Of a stretch of 64,000 bases of DNA, positions 1-11,600 are shown piece by piece. Location of the stretch: positions 96,001 to 160,000 of the forward strand of contig JBFIHX010000006.1 of assembly GCA_041601615.1 (NCBI GenBank). The letters run 5' to 3'. Each line of letters opens with the position of its first letter. Position 1 is the stretch's first letter. The notes below the pieces were generated by a model, which saw only the letters and a list, made by a program, of their open reading frames with translations, was not told the DNA's origin and did no database searches. Source of the stretch: Thermoplasmatota archaeon (GTDB taxonomy: Archaea > Thermoplasmatota > E2 > JACPAO01 > JAHFTW01). A program made the translations under genes and the position numbers.

Positions 1-3000
1 TCCACAACGCCGGCATCAATGCCTATCTCGATAGGGCCCGAAGTGGTTGATTCAAATTCATATTTATGATCAAATTCCAGTCGTGCTTCTTGCCCCACCA
101 CGTTTCTCAAGTCCACGACGGGAGTCACGAGACGTGTGTTCAATTGATGGGGATAGCCTTGTTCGTTGTCGGATCGAATATTCCAAGAGGACGTTGGCTC
201 GCCACCAGGCCCTTGTACGGTCTCAAGGTGCCAACCCGTGTCCCGCTGTGCGCCTCGGTTGACCATGGACCAGCACGCGACACTTTCTTTGTTCTGTCCC
301 TGTGCATTGGTGTCAAATCGTTCCACCGTATACACCCCCATGCCAAAGACCGGGCGGTCACATAGCCTGAAATTGAGTCCTTCCAGATTGTCAGTTCCAA
401 ATCGAAGTACATCCGCACTTCGGATGCCTCCTTGCATGAGGTAGCTCGTGACCGCTATATCATCCAAGAACCAACCTTCGTTGTTCTTTTGGGCAACCGT
501 TCCCAAATCGCCAGAATCGGAAATATATCGGAATTCTACCGTAATTTCTTGACCGAGGAAGGAACGGAGTCCAATTTCGCGCTTGGACCAGCCATTGTCT
601 TCTCGCGCAACGAGCTTACTTGAAGCCGTAACATCAATTCGTTGACCTGCCTCGGTCTCGACAATAACCAAGAACCGGCCGCCCGTGCCATCCCGCTCTA
701 GAATTCTTTCATGATCTTTCCAACCGGCGCGCCAATCCCAGAAGGAAAGGTACACTTCCTCGGTGCCGATTCGCTCCGTAGACAAGTCCACAGGGAATGA
801 AAGTGCAGTGTTGACGAATTCGTTGCGCTGGTCGTCGAAGTGTCCTACGCTGCCACTCCACCACATTCGTTGACCGGTATGAGGCTGGGGCTCATTGTAG
901 GCAAGATTGTCGATGAGCCAACCATCATCGGGACTTGACGAGGCAGACCAGTCGGGGTGGAAGAAAAATCGATTTCCATCATCCAAGAAACTACCGCTTG
1001 GCTGAGGGCTTAGCCCCCCAAGCGGGAATTCGGCAAAGAGTGTTGATTTTTGTAGACTTTCCACCGAGGCGAGGTCAAATTCAGAGCGAATCCAGCCTTC
1101 GCTATCCGCTTCGTCTAGAGTGGAACTGGAGCCAGTATAAGCGCTCGAGGCCCACTCCGCCCTGCCATCCAATAGCGCCGAGGAGCCCACCATGGTGGCG
1201 TCCGGATATCCGTTCGCAAGCCCCTCCGATGGCCGTGCCCGCAGCGGCACCCACGAAGATCCTCCATCGGTGGTGATTTCCACACGACCCCCATCGAATC
1301 CTTCGTCCGAGAATTCATATTTATGAACCAAAGAGAGAGTCGCTTGGCTTGCCGCCGTCAAATCAAAAGGCGGCAAAAGGAAGGAGCCGTCCGAGTTGGG
1401 CGGAATGATTCCCTCTGAATCTCCCACTCGCAGAGCATTGGATTTACCTTCATCCGAGACAAACCATATGCCTCCGTCCGTTTTGGCATTGCCACTCACA
1501 AGTCCAGGCAAATCCACCTTGGGCGTCACATCGAAATCATTCCCATAAACAATATCAACGGCCCAAAAAGGCACGATTGCTAGGTTGTTTTCGAGGGTGA
1601 TGTCCTCAGGCAAGCCTAGAATACGAGCAGTCATCGAATACTCACCCGTACTCGGAGGGTCATAGAATAGGCTCGTCAGGGATACCGGAGGCGACATGGC
1701 CAAAACGGAATCCGTAATGCGTAGCCGTTCCCCAACCGGAAGAGTTCCTGCTACATGCCAGTCCATTTCGTTGTCTGCGATTCCCGATCGAGAAAATGCG
1801 ACCGCCACATCAAAATCAGTGACCGGGACATTTCCTACATTTTCGAGGAAAATGCTGGCCGCCCGAATGAAGTCCGCCGATCCCTGTTGAGGAGTGATGG
1901 TGGCTGCAACTGCCACATCCGGCGAGGCCCGGACGTCCAAAAATCCAGGGAGGGGCACTTGATCATTGACGTACAAATCGTCACCGCCAGGCACTATGCC
2001 AATCGCCTGGATGCGCATTCGGCCGCCTTCTGCTGGCGCCTTGCATTCCACAATCACTTCCTGAGTCTGACCAGGTTGCAGGCCATCTTCCAGGTCGAAG
2101 CTCGTGGAGGGAAGCAATGGTAGTACTCCATCCGCGTTGGGAGCTGCATTCACATCGACGCATTGGAGCGCGATAGTGGCGGCATCCAAATTGAGCAGGC
2201 CTATGTTTGCGACCTCGACACGCACAGGCACCCAACTGTCGGGCCCCACTCCGATGGTGCGAGCATCGTAGGGTGTTGCTAGTTCTGTTTGTAACACCGC
2301 CAAGTCCCGAACAGCCCGATCGCCTTCAGTAACAGCCAGCGTATCGATGCGCCATCCGTAGGTAATGGGGTGTTCTTTGGTGACATCCAATGGGTGCGGG
2401 TCCGTTCCTTCGGCCTGTTGCAAGAAATGGAATGTAAATTGAACCAATTCACCTCGCAAATCCACGTTTTGCAACGGACCATATTGGTTCCCCACACCAT
2501 CCACATTGAGCGGGTGTTGGGCTACGAGATCAATTCGATCGACGGTCCAGGGACTCCCTTGGAAGGGGGCACCAAGCGGGAACGAATCATCGAGGGGCTT
2601 GTACCGATCCTGGAAGCCAGTGGGGTGCCACCAGCCACAATTTTCGGGTTGGCGCCACCCTGCGGGAATGGTTAGTCCGGCGCGGCTGGGCCCTTCATTG
2701 CAGTAGAGAGGGAAACGAAGGCCAGAATCATAGAATTCAAGGAAATCGCGGCCATTGACATGCCTCGGATCTCGGATTCCCGTCGAAATTTCTGTATCGT
2801 AGCCATCCGTTGGAACGAGGTAATAGACTTCGTCGGGGTTGCCCGTTTGAGGATTGATCGTCGTTGCCGTAACATACGCAATGCTGGCAACTGCGAGCTG
2901 CGATCGTTCCGTTAAATCGCTTTGATCATCACGGTCAAGCATTTCCACAGCAGTGGCATACTGGTGCCGAATCAACAGGAAGGGGTCATCTGCCTGGATC

Positions 3001-5696
3001 AGGATTGGCTTGGTTGTCAGAGTGGAATCGCGGAGGTTGAAGGGCTCGTTTTGGGGAATCCGGAAGGTAGCGTCACGTGCACTGTAAGGCGGGCACGGAT
3101 TCAGACCACACATGGATCCTGGTGCCATGCCCTCGTACAACATGGTACGTCCCTCGGGCCCGAAGAAACCGCAGTTCCAGCGATCAAAGCCAACCGGCAC
3201 GGAGTCAGAAATTTCAGGGTACAACACGGGCCAGCCCGAGTGGAATTGCCATTCGGAAACATCCGGACAGCCGTCTCGCGCAACGTCATACGACCAAACG
3301 AGAGGCGGTCCAGTGCCGATGCCGAAACCCCCCGACAGGAAGTTGCTTCCAGTGGGCGTTACCTTGGCTGTGGTTTGGACCATTTGCCAGGTTCCTGCTT
3401 CGTCTCCCAATTTTCCGTCCATTGGCAAAGGCCCTTGGCCATCCAAGAGCAATGCGGAAGCTGGAAATCGATGGGCCCTCGTAACGGGGGGCTGTTGGGA
3501 GTCAGGTTGCGTAATTTCGACGAGGCGAGATGCGAACGCGTACGGGTCCCCGGCCTTCGCCGCGAAACCATCCAGGAGATTCGATTGCTCCAAGGGGCGG
3601 CGAAGTTCCACTCGATATTCGCCCACTTCTTGGTTCGCCGGAGGTTGTGGCGGGTAGAATTGACGGGCCGCCTCGCCAGTCAGTGTCGACTGAACCTCCC
3701 AGTCCAAATCCGTGGCGTCGAAGGCCAAATCCTGAAGCCGCAGGCCTCCAGCGAGGTTGCCGTTGCTGTCGCCATTGATGCGGTATCCATCCTCGTCTTG
3801 CAACAGGACCAAGTCAGCTCCGTCGTCGAAAAGGAATTCTATGATTTCATCGTCATTGTTTGGATCTGTCTTGTCATCGCTTCGATTCGGTAGTCGAACA
3901 GAGATGTAAACGTCGGTCTCTGTATTGACGAATTTTAGGAATGCATTTTGCGGCAATTCACCGTCCTCGCCACCGTAGGTAACGGAATACTCTTGTGCGG
4001 AGGCCCAGGCGGCGTCCGTCAAGGCACCATCGACGGTTGGAGGCGTGCTCACGAAGGGGCTCTCAAACCTCTGTCGCCCGTCGGGATCTAGAAGGTCTGG
4101 AGTGAAGACCGGCATATCGTCTGTGCGTAGGAACAACCGATATTGGGCTCGTTGGCTCGTGTCAAGATTCCACTTTAATTCCACGGCTTCGCCCTTCTGA
4201 AGTGCGATTCCCTGGCTTGGATGGTCGATGAGCGCTTGCACATCCAGGCTTGGGTCCGCCAAGTCGACCAATCGTGCGTGAATGGTCGTACTGTCAAAGA
4301 CAGTGCCGTGGTTGTGGATGGTGGCCGTGACGTTGAAGGCCTCATTGAGCGCCACCCATCTCGGGCTAACAACCGGGTCATGGATGTGCAAGTACCGCTT
4401 GCTTTCGACGTCGAAGACGACGCTTGCCTCATTGTCATGGTTGAAAGCATCGATTGCGCGGTTGTCGCCATCGGGCAAGGTAAACCCAATCATGGCCTCT
4501 ACGTTCTCTTGTTTGGAGTTGAGAGCGTTGAAGGTTTCCGCGATTCGTTGCACCTCTCCGGGCGCCAAGGTTCGGGTGGCAAGAGAGTGTTTGTCCTCCA
4601 ATGCTCCAGCCTTGAGCGTTACGAAGGTATCCACCCGAATCGCTTCTATGCCTGTGTTGCGAACGAAGCCACGGACAACGATTTCTTCGGTGGCTTCGAG
4701 AGTGTCGTCGCTTTGGGGAGTGACGATTTCGTGCACTTGCACGTTCATGGGGGCGCCAGGCGCCTTCAAGACGAGATCGTCAAGTTGGAATCCGTAGTAG
4801 CCCGCAGACTGATTAAAAGCCGGGTTGGCGAAGTGGTTTGTATCTTGCACTCCAGTGTCGGCAACGAAGACGACCCAGACTTTTTGTTCAGCCCAAGGGT
4901 TGAGATCGATTGTGTGTGATTTCCAGACATCTTCCCCGTAGAAGGTAGTCACTGGACGGCAACCACTCCCACACACAGTTAGATCGGTGTATGTCTCGGG
5001 AGGATTTTCGAGTACACGCACAAGAACGCGATCCGCTTGTGCCCCAATTGGACCCAAGTTGTACCTTGCTTGGTATTCCAGTACATAGAGAGGATCTCGA
5101 ATAAAACTGCCTGCATCGCCCACATATGCGTAATCGTTGAAGAAATTGTCGAATACCTGGTCTGAGTAGGGTTCGACTGTGTCGTCATCAAAGAGATAGC
5201 CAGTGCGCAAATCCAGCTCAGGCGTCACGAGGACACTGGCGGTTTGAGCGGCATAGCCTGTGTTGGATCCGAAGTAATGGCCCCAGTCGTTTTGTACGGT
5301 AGGGTCCGCATTGGGCGCGGCGGCGGACGCGTCGGGCCGCCATCCATCCGTTCCCGCCGTACCCCATAATCCAAGCTGTCCTCGCCGACCGTCACTGAGG
5401 GCCGGATCCGGGTTTTGGTAGTTGTCCGGTGTGCCATCCACATACAGCACAATGGGCTGGTCGGGCACGAGATCCATGATGGGTTCCAGTGTATCGGTTG
5501 CCTCATCGAACAAGTTGGCCAGTTGCTCTTCGATCAACGCCTTGGCGGCGTCGTAACGGTCGTCAATGGCTGGAATCGAATTGATGGTGACTGGAATGGT
5601 AGGCGCCGAATCCGGAGTCTCCGTGAAGTGATACGACAGGGCCGGCATGGGCAACATGAGAACCGTTACCAAAACGGCAGCTAGGGTTCGGTTCAC
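1..5696 (-). CDS. Giant secreted multidomain surface protein (>1,890 aa, C-terminus beyond the window edge): InhA/MAM-like jelly-roll domains, CARDB/Ig-like domains, CBM9/DOMON-like domain
   Basis: Not in the ORF track because no stop falls inside the window. GTG at 5696 overlaps the upstream TGA (GTGA) and follows AGGAGGT. N-terminus MNRTLAAVLVTVLMLPMPALS is signal-like. Hand-translated segments: DLNPWAEQKVWVVF...GFQLDDL (~4800), PPTVDGALTDAAWASA (~4030), VRVEVANIGLLN..LQPGQTQEV (~2150), FDGGRVEITTDGGSSW (~1280), VEFRYISD...GWFLDDIAV (~500). No closed ORF is listed in this frame, consistent with it staying open. Confidence 0.88.
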   Translation of the reverse strand, partial: MNRTLAAVLVTVLMLPMPALSYHFTETPDSAPTIPVTINSIPAIDDRYDAAKALIEEQLANLFDEATDTLEPIMDLVPDQPIVLYVDGTPDNYQNPDPALSDGRRGQLGLWGTAGTDGWRPDASAAAPNADPTVQNDWGHYFGSNTGYAAQTASVLVTPELDLRTGYLFDDDTVEPYSDQVFDNFFNDYAYVGDAGSFIRDPLYVLEYQARYNLGPIGAQADRVLVRVLENPPETYTDLTVCGSGCRPVTTFYGEDVWKSHTIDLNPWAEQKVWVVFVADTGVQDTNHFANPAFNQSAGYYGFQLDDLVLKAPGAPMNVQVHEIVTPQSDDTLEATEEIVVRGFVRNTGIEAIRVDTFVTLKAGALEDKHSLATRTLAPGEVQRIAETFNALNSKQENVEAMIGFTLPDGDNRAIDAFNHDNEASVVFDVESKRYLHIHDPVVSPRWVALNEAFNVTATIHNHGTVFDSTTIHARLVDLADPSLDVQALIDHPSQGIALQKGEAVELKWNLDTSQRAQYRLFLRTDDMPVFTPDLLDPDGRQRFESPFVSTPPTVDGALTDAAWASAQEYSVTYGGEDGELPQNAFLKFVNTETDVYISVRLPNRSDDKTDPNNDDEIIEFLFDDGADLVLLQDEDGYRINGDSNGNLAGGLRLQDLAFDATDLDWEVQSTLTGEAARQFYPPQPPANQEVGEYRVELRRPLEQSNLLDGFAAKAGDPYAFASRLVEITQPDSQQPPVTRAHRFPASALLLDGQGPLPMDGKLGDEAGTWQMVQTTAKVTPTGSNFLSGGFGIGTGPPLVWSYDVARDGCPDVSEWQFHSGWPVLYPEISDSVPVGFDRWNCGFFGPEGRTMLYEGMAPGSMCGLNPCPPYSARDATFRIPQNEPFNLRDSTLTTKPILIQADDPFLLIRHQYATAVEMLDRDDQSDLTERSQLAVASIAYVTATTINPQTGNPDEVYYLVPTDGYDTEISTGIRDPRHVNGRDFLEFYDSGLRFPLYCNEGPSRAGLTIPAGWRQPENCGWWHPTGFQDRYKPLDDSFPLGAPFQGSPWTVDRIDLVAQHPLNVDGVGNQYGPLQNVDLRGELVQFTFHFLQQAEGTDPHPLDVTKEHPITYGWRIDTLAVTEGDRAVRDLAVLQTELATPYDARTIGVGPDSWVPVRVEVANIGLLNLDAATIALQCVDVNAAPNADGVLPLLPSTSFDLEDGLQPGQTQEVIVECKAPAEGGRMRIQAIGIVPGGDDLYVNDQVPLPGFLDVRASPDVAVAATITPQQGSADFIRAASIFLENVGNVPVTDFDVAVAFSRSGIADNEMDWHVAGTLPVGERLRITDSVLAMSPPVSLTSLFYDPPSTGEYSMTARILGLPEDITLENNLAIVPFWAVDIVYGNDFDVTPKVDLPGLVSGNAKTDGGIWFVSDEGKSNALRVGDSEGIIPPNSDGSFLLPPFDLTAASQATLSLVHKYEFSDEGFDGGRVEITTDGGSSWVPLRARPSEGLANGYPDATMVGSSALLDGRAEWASSAYTGSSSTLDEADSEGWIRSEFDLASVESLQKSTLFAEFPLGGLSPQPSGSFLDDGNRFFFHPDWSASSSPDDGWLIDNLAYNEPQPHTGQRMWWSGSVGHFDDQRNEFVNTALSFPVDLSTERIGTEEVYLSFWDWRAGWKDHERILERDGTGGRFLVIVETEAGQRIDVTASSKLVAREDNGWSKREIGLRSFLGQEITVEFRYISDSGDLGTVAQKNNEGWFLDDIAVTSYLMQGGIRSADVLRFGTDNLEGLNFRLCDRPVFGMGVYTVERFDTNAQGQNKESVACWSMVNRGAQRDTGWHLETVQGPGGEPTSSWNIRSDNEQGYPHQLNTRLVTPVVDLRNVVGQEARLEFDHKYEFESTTSGPIEIGIDAGVV

Positions 5697-8600
5697 GAGC
5701 GCCACCTCCTTGCAACGTAGAGCGCCGCCAAAAGCGGCAGCAGCAGAAACACCCCGGGAGCGTCTTGGCTTGGCGTCGATTGAACCACCATCACCGAAGA
5801 CTGAACCGGTGTCGAATTGGAGAATGCACCAATTTCCACATTCAACTGAAGGTCAAGCGGCGACCCGATGCGAGTTGGAGGAAGGACTTGGCTTGCAGCG
5901 TACCAGCATTCGAGTCGGCAATCTGCAGCCGAATTGTCAGCAGTCATGGAAACGGGGCGTTTGTTGATGATGATTGTCACGTCGGGCGCTCCGGGAAGGT
6001 TGTGCCGCAAGCCGACACGCAAGTCAAAAGGCGTTGTGGTGTTTCCAATTTCGGGAGTCACATGGACTTGCAGAAGTTCGAATAGATCCTTGACCTGGAT
6101 TGCTACATCCTTCTTCGGTCCTGTATTTCCCACCAAATCTGTCGCAGTTACTTGGTACATCAAATTCTGGCCACCAAAGGCGGTTGGGTCCACGACGGAA
6201 GTACCCTGGACATCCTTGCTCCAACCGTCCCGCTCAACTCGATACGACCGAATTCCTGAGTCGTCGTCTGCGGCGTTCCAGGAAAGCAGCACTTCATGCC
6301 CTTTTTGGCGGGCCGTTAGCCCTGTGACGGCCCCGGGGTTTCGTTCGTCCACCGGCAGCAGTGCGTAGAGGGTGTTCTGCGTAGGATTGCCCGAGGCGTC
6401 GGTCGCGATGATGGTGGCCTGGAAGGTTTTGCCTACGGCGAGTCCTGAAAGCGATACGGTGTGCTCCTTCAGCGCCTTGCTGCTCGAGTGCAACAACTTG
6501 CCTTCGCTCAGAATCTGCAATTGCACAGGTTCAGGCGAGGTGGCAGTTACTTTGGCCGAGGCGGGCCCTGTGGGCACGAGTTTGGCGTCCAAGTTCGGAG
6601 GGTCCGCATCGACGTCGAGCGTAAATGCGTCGACGGCTCGGGATGTCTCTCCGTAGACATCGGTGGTGAGTGCACTCATGGAATAAGATCCGGTTTTGAG
6701 GTGGTCTGGAATGGTCCATTCGCCGATCCATTTGTTGGAGTAGGCAAGGGAGATGAGGTCGCTGGAAATGGGTGCAGTGTCCACCTGAACCGCCGACAAA
6801 GGAGCGGGAGAGTCAAGGATGAATCGAACGGCTGACCCCGGGCGGCCGGCGGTGTAGCTGCCATAGTCGACCCGGGAAAGGTCGGGCACTCCTTGGCCTG
6901 CGGTGAATGCCAGCGAAACATTCCCCACATTTCCTGCCATGTCTGGAATTTTGATCTCCAATTCATGCGCTCCGTCTGGCATGGGAGGAAGCACAATGCG
7001 CAGGCTGCGGCTAAGTTGGCCATTGCCGAATGTCACGCTTGCCGGGGAAACGGGCGCATTGTCTAGCAAAACCTGTAGTGCTTTTTGGTTGATGTCCGTT
7101 CCTTGCCCCGCGTTGAAGACAAGCAACTCGAAAGTTGCAACGGAGGAATCCACTTGATCCCCGGGAAGGGGGCGCAGGGGTGCAAGGACGGGCGGAGTGT
7201 TGTCGATGATGATCAAGGGGCTTTTGACTTCGACAACATCCCGGGCCCGGAATACTTGAGCAACAAAGTACATGGGGCCATCGTTGAGCAGTGTTGAGTC
7301 CACGGAAAATTGTACATTTCCTGCCGAAGCTACAACGTTGGAAACTCGCTGTCGAACGCTGGATCCGTCGGTTCGTTCAGTAAAAAGGACGATGTTGGCA
7401 GGGGATTGGTCGACACCATCCACGCCCAATTGCAACGAGAGAATAGAATCGCCCTTGAGCACTTTCTTTTCTGTGAGTTCCAAGAATTGCAGTCGAAGGC
7501 CGCTTCCGGACGTGAATGTAACCGGCACACTGCGACTCTCGGCACCGGCTAGGTTTTCGGAGGCCACTACGGCATAGTGGTTCATGGCAGGAGGTAAGCC
7601 ATCGATACGAACGCGGTGGTTGGTGTCGGGTGTCAGGTTGAACGCCGAACTGAGCCCCAGGTCGGAGGTCCGGCCATAGTACACTCGCGATGTTGCTGGC
7701 TGGTCAGTGGTCCAAGTGAAGATGGCGTAGTCGTGACCGGTCTCGGCCACGGCCACATCGGAAATGATCACGGCGCTGTCGCTGACGACCAAGGGTGCAC
7801 TTCGGGCAAAGGAATTGCCGGCCGAGTCCGTTGCCTTCACGATGACCTCGTATGGGCCATCGTCGACGTTGGGAGGCAGGAAAATGGTGCAAAGGCGGTC
7901 GTGGGGGTTCTCGATGGTATCCAAATCATAGGTGCAAGGCTTGATTCCGATGGTCTCGTTGACGCCGGTAAAGTCGGCTGTAACCGTGGAAACTTCCGCA
8001 TCTTGCACGATGATTCGAATGTCGACCCGGGCGCCTTCACGAGCTGCCTGCCGCTCTACGCCCGCCAGACTGTAACGAGTCGGCAAAATTTCGATGGTTG
8101 GCGCCACATTGTCCAAAATGCCGCTCTTTCCAAGATCGACGGGGTTGCCGGCTCGGTCTTCCGCTTTCACGGTGTAGGTGTATGGCTCTTCGTCGGCACT
8201 TACGCCGTCGTTGACTTGATTCCATTTATTGAATTCATACACGCTGTCCCCGTTTGCATCCGTCATGGGGAAATCTCCCACCATATTGCTGAACGAAATT
8301 CGAACGGAAGCCGGGTTGATGCCACTGCCCACATCCGTAATCTTGGCTTTGTATACAACGGGCGTGACCCCAGGTTGAACGTATTTGTGGCTCGCAGTCA
8401 ACGGGTCAATTCGAGGAGGGATGAAGTCCACAATGGTCCTTCGAGCTCCATATTCGATGGGAATTCCAAGGCAGGGATCGTCATTGATGGAGCAGATTGC
8501 ATCCAATTTTGCTTGGGCGCAGACTGGTTCGTCGACGGAGCTGGTCCCGCAAGGAGATTCCGTGTTCCCTAGAACATCCCGCCCAACGGCGAGGAAGGAG

Positions 8601-11600
8601 AGCACATTGCCCGTAGAAATTCCCTGAACTTTGGTGAATCCCGACGTGCCGCTAGTCAGGTACTGAATTTGGCCATCAGCCACATGGATTTGATAGATGT
8701 CGATGGCATCCACGTCAGCCACGGTTCCAATGTTGAGCGGGTCATTGTCCCAGTCCCATGGCAGGCGAAGAACCTGGGTTCCGTCCTGGTAATCGAGACT
8801 TGCGTAGCTCGGAATGATAATACGAGCTCGTGGTGCGGTTCCATCATAGAGTACTTGGCCCTCACTCCAGGTGGCTGTGTCGCCGCCGCTGTCCTCTGCA
8901 GTCACCATGACGGTATACATTCCATCAGGGCAGCTCTGCAATCCGCACATCCCATTCAGGGAGAATGTAGCCGGCACCCCGTTAACGATGGGCTGGCCCT
9001 CAGCGTTGATTGCAAAGTATTGCTTCGGCTGAACCACGTGGTGCATTGGGCCATCGATCTCGATGGTCAGGTATGCTCCGGGGTAGAATCCGGGAGGCAC
9101 CGATTCACCGGGCGGGGCTTCAAGATCCTGTGCGAGTCCAACGGCTAAGTTTGCAAAGGTATCTGGATTCCGGAAGGAAACTTGATTGCGGTCTATTTCA
9201 GGCAGGACAACTGGCGGATTGTTCAAGGACACTAGAACAGGATTGCTTTCAACGGTAGCCAGTCGGCCGTTTCCAAAGTCGAGAACCGCAGATGCTTGGA
9301 CCCAGTAGTCACCGTCGCGGAACATCAATTGGATGCCATTGCGTGCGGTGGTGTCCCATTCTGCTGTATATGTCTCCTTTGCCTCATCATAGGCCTCCTG
9401 GGCCACAACTCGACTGTTGGCAAGAAAATCGATGGATTGGATAGGAATTTTATCGTCTCGGGTGACGGTAGCGTGGATGAACAGTGTCCCCTTGCCGCTT
9501 GTCACCGCCACGCTGCCTGGGTCTTCGTCTGTTGTGACAATCAGCTCGATTTCCACGGGTACGATGGATGCCAGGAAGCTTCCCGGAAGGCCTTGCGTCA
9601 AATCCCCCGTCAGTTCGATATCCACGCCAAAGCCATGGATGGCAGGCGAATCGGGAAGCCGTTCTGCAGGTAGGTTCGAGTCAGGGTCTTTGACTGGTTC
9701 GGGGACCGGTTCGAGGGTAGTGGAGTCCGGAACTGTAACGTCGCTTACATAGCGGTCTGCATGGGCGGTTTGCTCCCAGCTCCAGTCGTTGTCATCGAGA
9801 GGCCTGCTGAGAGGATCTCCGTCCAAAGGCATCTTTTGGTCGTCGCCCTCGTTGATACCATAAATATAGATATCATGGTTGTCGGCATCGAATAGCAATC
9901 CCAATAGGAATCCATTGGATGGTGGAGCTTGAATATTTGGTTCTTGCCAACTAGTTGGTTCCCCATTTACTATTTGTCCAGGAAAATAGATACCACATGT
10001 TGGCCCGACGCCTTTCGCCAACGGCACATAGGTTCCCTGCGGGAATGAAAACGCAAATTCGTCGATTCTACAAATTCCGGCTTGGGCCCCGTACTGGAAA
10101 AACGCCTCGGCATATCCCTGTGCTGCGCGATCGGCCTGATACCGGTCGAGACCGTGGCGATCAACGAGAGCCCCAACCGTGGGAATCTGAGCGGCGAATA
10201 GAATCCAGGCTTGACTCGTTACATCAGAATACGTTTCGACTTCTAAATCTTTTCCAAAATTTCCTAGCCCGGCATCATCATCAGTGCACCAAGCAGTAGA
10301 CCAGAACCGGGTTCCATCCACAGGCAGGCCATGACAAACCCCGGTGAATAATAAATCTCGAGGTTCATCTGTGGCGTAGCCTTGAGACTTTTCCTTTGCA
10401 GTGTAAGAATCGTGGCCAAATTGATCCAACAAAATTCCTTGGCCAAGCCACCCAGCACCTTGAGTCAGTTTGGATACTTCTGATTCATATTGATCATTGC
10501 CTTCCAAGTCCAACAACAAAGCCAAACCTCCAAGCATTCCAGCGCCTTGTCCAGCGGCATTAAATATACTTTCTTTAATTGTAAATTTATCGTCGCCTCC
10601 CGGTTCGATTAGGAGTGCGACTGCAGGCGCCCAGCGAGACTGCGTATTATCTTCAAGGTCAGAATCTGCCAAGAGAGGGTGGCGTAGTTCACGGTCATGA
10701 CCATAATAGAACCATGGACCATCATCCCCAGTCCAGTCATGGGCACCCAATGCACTTGCTTGCGCCAAATCATGCGCGAGGTACTCATCGCTCTGATTGC
10801 CGCCCCAAAGGACTGCCAGAGTTGCAAATGTATTGATGGAACGCACACTGTAGGTACTTGCATCGTATCCGTCTTCATCACCGCCAAAGACGTCTGGGCG
10901 TTTCAAGCTCCAAGCACTGGCTTGGGCAACAGGAGCATCAGCACTGTAGCTTGTAGAACCTGTTTCCTGAAGAAGTAGCCCCGCTCCGCCGCGAGCAGCA
11001 CCTTGCGCCACCGCCATGAATATCGCCTCACTCCCCACTCCAAAGCTGTGCCCTGGAGTCGTAGCCAAGGTATGCGTTTCGAATGTGTCCGCCCCGTCAC
11101 CAAAGGCCGCAAGGACCCCGACACCGAGCCAAGCGCCACCCTGGGCGATGCCCAGAGCAGTCGACTTGGGCAGTTTGAGTTGGTCACCACCATTGACTTT
11201 TGCACTCGCGTCCACTGATGCCACTGCATCGTTAATGGCGTCGAATGTCGCCAAAATTCCGACACCACCGAACAATCCAGCACCTTGCATGACCCCATAC
11301 GCCAAAGACTCTACATCCGCCGTGGAACCAAGAGGTCGATTGTTGAGGGCCAGATTCAATTCAAATTGAGAACGGAAAACATTGCTTCCCCCGTTGTCCA
11401 CCAGCACAGCCACACCCAGCGATGCCCCCCCCAGAGAAGGGGCGGAGGCTGCATCGAAAAAGGAACTCCCCGTTCGTTGATGATCCACAACTTGGGTTTC
11501 CGGCACATATTGATCGTCACCTGCACCAAGGTCTAGCGCCACTTTGACAAACCGAGGTTGCCGAATGAGAATTCCATTTTGATTTCGGATTAAATCATCT

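Noticed and set aside
2922-4919. Plus-strand ORFs of 323 and 232 aa
   Set aside because: They are antisense shadows of the giant minus-strand ORF and show no recognisable motifs.
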